A DNA stretch of 16,637 nt, from assembly GCA_019057635.1 (NCBI GenBank), contig DXJL01000121.1, positions 1-16,637 of the forward strand, written 5' to 3'. A program made the position numbers and the translations under genes. Shown piece after piece: positions 7,981 to 15,129 of this stretch (positions are counted from its first letter, which is position 1; the number at the start of each line of letters is the position of its first letter). Below the pieces are notes generated by a model. The model did not search any database and was not told the DNA's origin. It was given only the letters and a program-made list of their open reading frames with translations. The stretch is from Candidatus Heimdallarchaeota archaeon (GTDB lineage: Archaea > Asgardarchaeota > Heimdallarchaeia > Hodarchaeales > Hodarchaeaceae).

Positions 7981-10197
7981 TTATTTTTTCGGAAATATAA
8001 GAACAAATTTAGTCCCTGATCCCTTTCCTTCACTATAAGCTTTTATTGATCCTCCATGTGAGTTCATAATTTCTCTAGAAAGATAAAGGCCAATTCCAGT
8101 ACCATGTGTAGAATATTCTGTCTCAATCGTGACGAACTGATCAAAAATAATCTCGAGATCTGTTGGCTCAATACCTGCCCCTTTATCTATAATATCGACC
8201 TCTAGGCTTTTCTCCTCATTTCTTATGTCGATCTGTATTTCCCTATTATCTTGGGGACTATTTTTAATTGCGTTATCAATCACATTATCAAAAACTTGTT
8301 GAATTCGATCACTGTCAAGGGAAATATTTTGGGGAATACCTTCGGCAAAATTAACAAACTTGAATTCAAATTGATTCTCCAATAAGTTTCGATAGGGGGT
8401 TAATATTTTGATCATACACTCTTTGAAATCGACATTTTGGAGATTAATTTCGAATAATCCCCTTTCAAGTTGAGTAATGGCTTGACTATCTGAGATTAAC
8501 CTTTCTAATCGTTTTAGGTTTTTAGTAATTATCGAAAATATATCTTCTTTCTGCGTAACTGTCATTGCATCCATTTTCTTTTGTAAAAACTCATTGTATC
8601 CGAAAAGTACGGTTAAGGGAGTTCTTAATTCATGATTGACCATTCTAATAAAATTATCTCGTTTCTTCTGCAGCTTGATTCTAATCTCTTCTGCTTTCTT
8701 CCTTTCTTCAACGTCTCTAAAGATGCCAATATGATAAGTCATATCTTCTAGGATTACTGGAGAAACATTAACGTCTGCATGAAAAACGGATCCATCTTTT
8801 TTCGTGAGGGGGATTTCTGAAGCGTAAGTTGAATTTTGTCTATCAATTACAGCTGCAGCTTCTTTAAAGTTTTTATAGTTCTGTGTAGGACGAATATCTG
8901 TTAAAAACAATTTTTGACCCTCATCTTTCGTATAGCCTAGCATATCACAAAAGGATTGATTCGCTAGGAATACTTTTCCATTTTCTGGATTAGCTAGTAT
9001 GATTCCATCAGTCACATTTTCGAAAATAGTTTTGAAACGAGTTTCTGAATCTCTTAATTCTTTCTCAGACATTTTAAGATCAGTGATATCAAGGACTGTT
9101 ACGGTTGCTCTAGCGGATTTACCTTTATCAATATCCCACTTTGCTCGTAATAAAGCCCAAAGTTTTTTCCCTGATTTTGTAATGATCTGATATTCGACTG
9201 TATCCTTCATTTCCTCATTAGCCATTATCTTTGCTAATCGGTCCAACCAAATGTCTTTACTTTCATCTGTTAACATTTCATATAAGTTTAAGGAACGAGC
9301 TTCTTCTTCTGTGACTTCAAATAGCTCCAATAATAGATCGTTTGCAAATAAAATATGAACATCTCCAGTCAGGAAATCCATTTCTATTTCATAAATTCCT
9401 GTGGGTGCTTTTTTAACAAGCTGTCGATATCGCTGTTCGCTTTCACGAAGGTCCATTTCTATTTTCTTCATATCTGATATGTCAAGCATTACGCCACGTA
9501 ATCCGACAGGCTTTTTATCACGCAGTATGGGACTCGAGTAAATGAGAACAGGTAACGTACTTCCATCTTTATGCAACGCGTTATACTCATGATCTGTGAA
9601 TAATTCTCCTTGCATCACTTTACCAATATTCTGTCGGATACGATTAAGATCTTCGGGAATGAATAATTGGGTGACGCTTATCCCAGCTGTTAGTTCATCT
9701 TGCGTATAACCGAATGTATTGAGACCCTTTTGATTTGCATATAGAATTTTTCCAGTAGTATCCAGTTCAAACACGGTTTGTGGTAAGAGCTCCGCTAATT
9801 CTTTGAAATCCTTTTCACTGTATCTTAATTGTGTATCAAGTGCTTCAGCATGAATAAATTGTCGATAAAAACCATAAACCCCTAATATCGCTCCTAATAA
9901 GAAGAAAATCATGTCTATATCATCAATAGGGTCAGTAAAAATATAACTGTTCAAATTAGGAGCGAACGCTGTGGAAAAATCTTGCAACACATCAAAAAAA
10001 ACAGGAATAGTTAATATCAGTATTCCAGCAAATGCCCATGGACCCGCTCCACGCTTTAAAGCTTGATTTCTATTCAGATTGAGGTAGATAACAACTACGA
10101 GGGTACAAAGTAGAATTAGAGTAGCGAATCCAAAGAAAAATTCAAAGTAATCAAAGAAATTTGATGCTAAGCTTGTTATCAGAGTAATTTGAACCAT
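7981..10197 (-). CDS. Membrane-anchored multi-PAS sensor histidine kinase
   Basis: Three N-terminal hydrophobic segments and three PAS/PAC repeats each introduced by SE..[FY] and closed by D[IV][STE]..K. H-box NHELRTPL, N-box QVFDNVIDNAIK, D.G.GI, IF.QF, GTGIGL and S.G.G.GT.F. Confidence 0.95.
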   Translation of the reverse strand: MVQITLITSLASNFFDYFEFFFGFATLILLCTLVVVIYLNLNRNQALKRGAGPWAFAGILILTIPVFFDVLQDFSTAFAPNLNSYIFTDPIDDIDMIFFLLGAILGVYGFYRQFIHAEALDTQLRYSEKDFKELAELLPQTVFELDTTGKILYANQKGLNTFGYTQDELTAGISVTQLFIPEDLNRIRQNIGKVMQGELFTDHEYNALHKDGSTLPVLIYSSPILRDKKPVGLRGVMLDISDMKKIEMDLRESEQRYRQLVKKAPTGIYEIEMDFLTGDVHILFANDLLLELFEVTEEEARSLNLYEMLTDESKDIWLDRLAKIMANEEMKDTVEYQIITKSGKKLWALLRAKWDIDKGKSARATVTVLDITDLKMSEKELRDSETRFKTIFENVTDGIILANPENGKVFLANQSFCDMLGYTKDEGQKLFLTDIRPTQNYKNFKEAAAVIDRQNSTYASEIPLTKKDGSVFHADVNVSPVILEDMTYHIGIFRDVEERKKAEEIRIKLQKKRDNFIRMVNHELRTPLTVLFGYNEFLQKKMDAMTVTQKEDIFSIITKNLKRLERLISDSQAITQLERGLFEINLQNVDFKECMIKILTPYRNLLENQFEFKFVNFAEGIPQNISLDSDRIQQVFDNVIDNAIKNSPQDNREIQIDIRNEEKSLEVDIIDKGAGIEPTDLEIIFDQFVTIETEYSTHGTGIGLYLSREIMNSHGGSIKAYSEGKGSGTKFVLIFPKK

Positions 10198-10334
10198 TTT
10201 TGAGCTGTTCCCTCAATTAGGAGTTAAGATTAACATTTACTACAGTTTTAGATTCGTATGTGAGGTCGACTACAAGTTAAGAGATATCTTTCTTCCTCAG
10301 TGTTACTATTTATTTACTTCGAATTACTTATTCT

Positions 10335-11312
10335 TCACCTTTCGTTCTCTGTTTGCAAAGTGGTACCACACGTTTCACAAAAACGATCCTCTTTCAAAAC
10401 CATTTCCCCACACTGAGAACAATATCGCACAAAATCATCAATTTGAACATCTGGAACTGTCATAAATTGATCTAGGGAAGATTGTGCTCCTTCACCCGCT
10501 CGTTTTCGAACAGTTGCCATGTTTACACTTTCTAGTCTCTTAAGCGGTTGTTTTAACATGATAGCTAATTGACGAGCGTTGGCAGGAGCAGACCCTGATG
10601 GATGATTATTGAAATAGGTATAGATCTCCTTAGTCTGGTCTAATAATGAATCAATTTTTTCCTTCCAGACAAGTAATTCCTTCCGAGAATACAAATATCG
10701 GTACCATAGTTTTAAGCCATGACCATGGAGTCGTATGTATGAAAAATCAGCTGTAACCGGTGTGATAGGGGGTAACAGTGGTTCATCAACGATGCAGAAA
10801 GCTACGTTGAATTTCGAAAGTAGATCAACGGTCTGGTCAAGATGCTTACACCAGCTCATCTCACGAAATTCAACAGCCAGTTTTAATTCCGAGGGCCAGT
10901 GTCGGAGAAACACTCCCAGCGCTCGGCGATTTTCATCTGAGAATTTTGGGGGTAGCTGTAACAGTGCAGGTCCAATTTTTCTACGTAGTCCGCTCGACAT
11001 GGTATCTAGAAACCGATCAAGATCCGATTGAAAATCTACGAGCTTTTTCTCATGCGTAATCACTTTAGGGATTTTAAATGCAAATAAAAAGTTATTTGGA
11101 ACATGTTTTTCCCATCTTTGAACTACTCCGAGTCGGGGAAAATGATAAAAGCTGGTGTTTATCTCTACAGTGGAAAAAACTTCACTGTACCAGGCAAGGC
11201 GTTGTTGTTCTGCCAGTATAGACGGATAAAAAGGAATTTCTGTTTTCTCGTTTTTCGCCTGCCAATCTGAATAGCCAAAACCCGAAGTTCCAATTAACAC
11301 TTTAGCTGTCAT
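10335..11312 (-). CDS. DUF72 (YecE-like) protein with a C-terminal PIP-like motif and a 4-Cys zinc ribbon
   Basis: DUF72 signatures IGTSGF.Y.DW, FYP, Y...F.TVEIN.SFY..P, F.F.FK.P..ITH, LLQLPP.F, AVEFR..SW, Y.RLHG, Y.YS..EL and YFNN....A..NA. The tail contains QSSLDQFM and CSQC-x10-CETC. Confidence 0.92.
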   Translation of the reverse strand: MTAKVLIGTSGFGYSDWQAKNEKTEIPFYPSILAEQQRLAWYSEVFSTVEINTSFYHFPRLGVVQRWEKHVPNNFLFAFKIPKVITHEKKLVDFQSDLDRFLDTMSSGLRRKIGPALLQLPPKFSDENRRALGVFLRHWPSELKLAVEFREMSWCKHLDQTVDLLSKFNVAFCIVDEPLLPPITPVTADFSYIRLHGHGLKLWYRYLYSRKELLVWKEKIDSLLDQTKEIYTYFNNHPSGSAPANARQLAIMLKQPLKRLESVNMATVRKRAGEGAQSSLDQFMTVPDVQIDDFVRYCSQCGEMVLKEDRFCETCGTTLQTENER

Positions 11313-11372
11313 TTACTTCGAACTCCGTGTCGCAAGACTCCATTGCCAACAAACTGTATCTTTCCCATTTAC

Positions 11373-11580
11373 CAATTTCTGATTTGCCTCTAGGATTTAT
11401 CACAGATTTCCGATTAAAAATATTTAGATGACGGACTAAATTCTAGAGAATGAATTGCTATTCTTATCCTTGCCTCTGATTTTGAATATGAAAAAGGGAT
11501 CCTGAAATTGTAAATGCAAGACACAAACCTAATTTAGTGGAAATTGAGATTTACTAAAAACACTCATTTTCTTCATTTTC
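11373..11580. promoter_or_regulatory. Cluster of five CAWTTTC motifs in the divergent DUF72 / RadA-like promoter
   Basis: CAATTTC at 11373-79 (+), 11504-10 (-) and 11540-46 (-); CATTTTC at 11565-71 (+) and 11574-80 (+). Includes the inverted pair GAAATTGAG-N14-CTCATTTTC (11540-11571). Confidence 0.45.
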
Positions 11581-11642
11581 ACTGACGTCTCTGACTGTAT
11601 CAGAGTAATTAGATCGGATCGAAGTGAACTATCTGGTTACAA

Positions 11643-12440
11643 ATGGGTACAGATGCGAGTTCATGGACTTCAGCTTGGGAATTACAGCAAGAAGAGCGGT
11701 ATAAATCAGGTCTTTTAGCTCTTGATGCGTTGATTCCAGAAGGGATGTTACCAGGTAGCTTGATCCTACTACAAGGCGACATTAACCGAAAATTATTGCG
11801 TCATTTAGTGACAAAGCTCTCCGTGGGTTTTCTGACAACTAATGAGCCTGCAGAGCTGGCATTTGTTGATGGAGCTAACTTATTTCCCTACTATGAAATA
11901 GCGACTGAAGCCCGAAGACATGGTTATGATCCGCTGGTCATTTTGGATCGTATTCAGCTATCACGAGCATTTAATTTTCATCAAATGACCGAAATAATTA
12001 CCAAAAGGCTTCCTGCTCTTCTTGAAAGGAAGAAACAGCTCAGGATAGTGTTTGTTCCTCAGATTTCGTCGCAATACCTTTCCACGGAAGCATTACAATA
12101 TTTAGAATATGCAAAGCTATCCGTAGCAGAAGGAGCACTATCTGAATTAACTCAAGCAGTTGGTACCCTAAAGAGCCTAGCCTTACAGCATAATTTACTG
12201 GTTATCATGACGGCCGCTAGTGCCACAGGATCAAAAACCAAGGGCTTGGGAGGGACTTATCTTACTCATTCCGCTTCCTCGGTTATAAGAATGACTACTT
12301 CAACACAAAGCTCTGCCAAAGAGTATGATATTCACTTTTCATTACAGAAAGATCCAGCTCGACCTGTCATTCAGCTGACCCACTCACATCGACAAAAAAA
12401 ACCTGCAAACAATCAAACGTTACTTAATCGTTATTGGTGA
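11643..12440 (+). CDS. Catalytically inactive RadA/Rad51-fold paralog (ImuA-like accessory) with a C-terminal PIP box
   Basis: RecA-core landmarks SG..ALD.L..G...GSL..L.G, FVD..N.F, LDRI..SRAFN..Q, LA..HNL.V..T and LGG.YL.H.AS..I. Walker A is degenerate (QGDINRK, no GKT) and the Walker B Asp is replaced (IVFVPQ). No HhH domain. Ends QTLLNRYW. Confidence 0.82.
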   Translation: MGTDASSWTSAWELQQEERYKSGLLALDALIPEGMLPGSLILLQGDINRKLLRHLVTKLSVGFLTTNEPAELAFVDGANLFPYYEIATEARRHGYDPLVILDRIQLSRAFNFHQMTEIITKRLPALLERKKQLRIVFVPQISSQYLSTEALQYLEYAKLSVAEGALSELTQAVGTLKSLALQHNLLVIMTAASATGSKTKGLGGTYLTHSASSVIRMTTSTQSSAKEYDIHFSLQKDPARPVIQLTHSHRQKKPANNQTLLNRYW

Positions 12441-12444
12441 TAAT

Positions 12445-12723
12445 ATGGGCCGAACATTACCTTCCTATCGAATGGTATTAGAACATGAGCGAGCACTGTG
12501 GATAAAACACTTTGCTAAACGTCTACGAGAACCGTACCGAACAAGCTTTGACCACCTTTGGGAGAAGGCGTTTCAGCTTGCTGATGCTTCTTCTGCAAAC
12601 ACCAGGCCAGTAGCCTTAGACAATATTCTGATGAGTATGGTAGTGGCCCAACAGACAGAAATTCAGCGTTTGCGTAAAGAAATTACTACCTTGCAACAGC
12701 AAGTGAATGACATAGGTAATTGA
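12445..12723 (+). CDS. Small alpha-helical PolB2-associated protein (arCOG07300-like) with a C-terminal coiled coil
   Basis: MGRTLPSYR......W...F...LR.......F..L pattern typical of the small gene found next to archaeal PolB2. Gaps to its neighbours are 4 nt and 10 nt. Heptad tail QQTEIQRLRKEITTLQQQV. Confidence 0.8.
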   Translation: MGRTLPSYRMVLEHERALWIKHFAKRLREPYRTSFDHLWEKAFQLADASSANTRPVALDNILMSMVVAQQTEIQRLRKEITTLQQQVNDIGN

Positions 12724-12733
12724 CCTGATTCTC

Positions 12734-14965
12734 ATGGTTTTCCTACGTGCTTGGCTTCATGATGTGGCAGCAACCGATTGGGGAGTAAACACCTGCTGGA
12801 TTACTCGGACAAGAGGAATCGAAGCTTTTTATCCGCTGACGGCAGAGTTTTTCCTAGCTAGAACAGATCAAGAAACACGAAATCGTGTACTAAGTCATCC
12901 AGAAGTAGAGTCAGTCGAAGAAGCTTCCAAGTATGTATCTATCCACGACTGGCAAGCCAGTCCAGTGTTACGTATTCGAGTTAACCCAACTAAGATACGT
13001 TCTACTTTCGAAGATTTACGGAAATATTGGGGCGAGTACCTATATAATGCCGATCTCAGCATTTATCAACAGTTTTGCTTTCAAACTGGGTTGTTTCCAT
13101 ATGTTTACGCTAGAATTGAAGTAACTAATGGTAGATTGCAAAAGAATTGGGAACTAATCGAGAATTATTTGCAGGCTGACTATCGTTCTGTGCCTTTCCG
13201 AACTCTCTGGATGCAACCATTCTTTGCAGAGCAGAATTTTTCACGCGGCCCGATAAAAGAAATACACCTCCGTCATTCGCTCAATAAGGAAGAAGAAGAA
13301 CCGATAATCTTTGCTGAAGAATCGGAAACAGAAACAATACGGGAGAGTATGATGTACCTAAACAAGGTTGATCCTGATATCCTTTTTACTTCAGGTGGGG
13401 ATACTTTTTTCCCAATCCTTGCCCAGCACGCGACGGATCAGGGGATTGGTTATCTTCATCCAGGAAGAGGGAAGCGTCGACTGTATAGTTATGTAAGAAA
13501 GCAAACACGACCTCGTGGTCATAGCTATATGTCGTACGGCCGAATTTTCTATTCGCAACACGGAAGCTACCTGGATGGTGGCCGACATCATTATGACGTA
13601 GGTAATTCCTTCATGTGGAAAGATGGCAATATCGATGGCATTCATGAGCTTGTCCGTTTAGGATGTTCTGATCCCCAACGTATTGCTCGAGGTACGATTG
13701 GGACTACATTGACTACGGTTCAAATGCGTACAGCTTATCGACGTAATATTCTGATTCCAGGACGAAAAGCTGATAGTGAAGATTTTCGGCCTGCGTGGTC
13801 AATGATGAGCGACGTGGGAGGGTTGGTGTTCTCCCCCCAAGTGGGATTTCATCGAAATCTCGTCGAATTGGATTTCCTGTCCATGTACCCATCAATAATG
13901 ACATACAAAAACGTAAGCCCTGATACCATTAATTGTGCGTGTTGTAAGAATGAACAACGACAACCTGTACCAGAAACAGACCATTATATTTGTACACGAC
14001 GCCCAGGCCTAGTCAGTCTAGCACTTAAGAATATTCTTGAACGACGCGCGTATTTTAAAAGTAAACGATCCGAAGAATGTTATGACAGACGTCAGAAAGT
14101 CCTTAAATGGTTACTTGTTTGTTCATTCGGATATCAAGGGTATAGAAATGCTCGATTTGGACGAATTGAAGCACATGAAGCTATATCGGCATATGGAAGA
14201 GAGGCGTTAACCCGTGCGAATCAAATTGCGACGGAGTATGGTCTTCAAGTGGTTGCAGGCATAGTTGATTCGATTTGGCTAAAAAATCCTGATGACACAC
14301 CAATTGAACAATCACTGATCGACGAAATCTGTCAACGAATAGAAGCTGAGGTAAAACTACCCCTTGAACACGCCGCCAACTATCACTGGATCGTGTTTCT
14401 TCCACGTCGTCATGAACCAACAATTGGTGTTCTCAATAGATATTATGGTCTAAAAACTGATGACTCCTATAAGATTCGTGGAATTGAGATCCGGCAATCT
14501 AGTAGTCCCTTATTTGTCAAAAAGCTTCAACGACAGCTCTTGAAGATTCTGTCTGCTGCACGCACTCATGAGCAATTTGAGGAATGTGCACAAAAAGCAA
14601 AGCGAGTGATGAGAAAATACTTAGCTGATCTAAAATCAGGTAATATTCCACTGAGTGATCTATTAGTGACCATTCGTCCTTCACGAGGCCCAGATGAATA
14701 TGTTAGCAATACACGTCAGGCCATTGCTGCCCGTCAACTGGCGGCCGCGGGAGTGAAGGTTGAAGCAGGTGTCAAGCTTAGCTATTTAATTCTCGATGCT
14801 TACGCGTCTGACCCTTCCAAACGTGTTAAAGTGACTCAACTTTTAACTGGTAAAGAGCAGTATGACTATCAGGAATATCGTAAACTGTGTATTCGTGCCT
14901 ATGAAGGCTTGATTCCTCCTGAAATGGAACCAAAACGACAAACAATTGAGGAATACCTTTCTTGA
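12734..14965 (+). CDS. polB2: Family B DNA polymerase of the PolB2/Dpo2 group (proofreading-deficient, damage-tolerance type)
   Basis: Motif A ELDFLSMYPSIM..N.SPDT; motif B RQ.VLKWLLVCSFGY.GY.NARFG.IE.HE.I; motif C altered from YGDTDS to GIVDSIW; K.RGIE.R. No recognisable ExoI D.E motif; only a DPDIL..GGD.F remnant. Confidence 0.93.
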   Translation: MVFLRAWLHDVAATDWGVNTCWITRTRGIEAFYPLTAEFFLARTDQETRNRVLSHPEVESVEEASKYVSIHDWQASPVLRIRVNPTKIRSTFEDLRKYWGEYLYNADLSIYQQFCFQTGLFPYVYARIEVTNGRLQKNWELIENYLQADYRSVPFRTLWMQPFFAEQNFSRGPIKEIHLRHSLNKEEEEPIIFAEESETETIRESMMYLNKVDPDILFTSGGDTFFPILAQHATDQGIGYLHPGRGKRRLYSYVRKQTRPRGHSYMSYGRIFYSQHGSYLDGGRHHYDVGNSFMWKDGNIDGIHELVRLGCSDPQRIARGTIGTTLTTVQMRTAYRRNILIPGRKADSEDFRPAWSMMSDVGGLVFSPQVGFHRNLVELDFLSMYPSIMTYKNVSPDTINCACCKNEQRQPVPETDHYICTRRPGLVSLALKNILERRAYFKSKRSEECYDRRQKVLKWLLVCSFGYQGYRNARFGRIEAHEAISAYGREALTRANQIATEYGLQVVAGIVDSIWLKNPDDTPIEQSLIDEICQRIEAEVKLPLEHAANYHWIVFLPRRHEPTIGVLNRYYGLKTDDSYKIRGIEIRQSSSPLFVKKLQRQLLKILSAARTHEQFEECAQKAKRVMRKYLADLKSGNIPLSDLLVTIRPSRGPDEYVSNTRQAIAARQLAAAGVKVEAGVKLSYLILDAYASDPSKRVKVTQLLTGKEQYDYQEYRKLCIRAYEGLIPPEMEPKRQTIEEYLS

Positions 14966-15129
14966 TAGAATTTCTTTAGAAAATATCTCGTATTCTGAAG
15001 GATATATCTTACTGTCCATGAATCAGAACAATCATTTTTTCCCTGTTCGAAAGTCTATTATAATGAATAGGAATGTAAACTAAGGGAAGTAGATTATTTC
15101 TGGTTTTATGCTAGTTTAAGCTGATTTAA

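Noticed and set aside
6780-11031. ORFs 6780-7016(-), 7213-7446(+), 8999-9190(+) and 10735-11031(+)
   Set aside because: Short alternate-frame or antisense ORFs contained within the helicase, kinase and DUF72 genes.
12933-14423. ORFs 12933-13124(+), 13391-13645(-), 13713-13904(-) and 14181-14423(-)
   Set aside because: Nested in polB2; expected by chance in this more GC-rich stretch.
12734-14965. PolB as marker of a casposon, provirus or pipolin
   Set aside because: The motifs are PolB2-type rather than protein-primed or primer-independent PolB. No Cas1, integrase, capsid gene or terminal repeats are visible.
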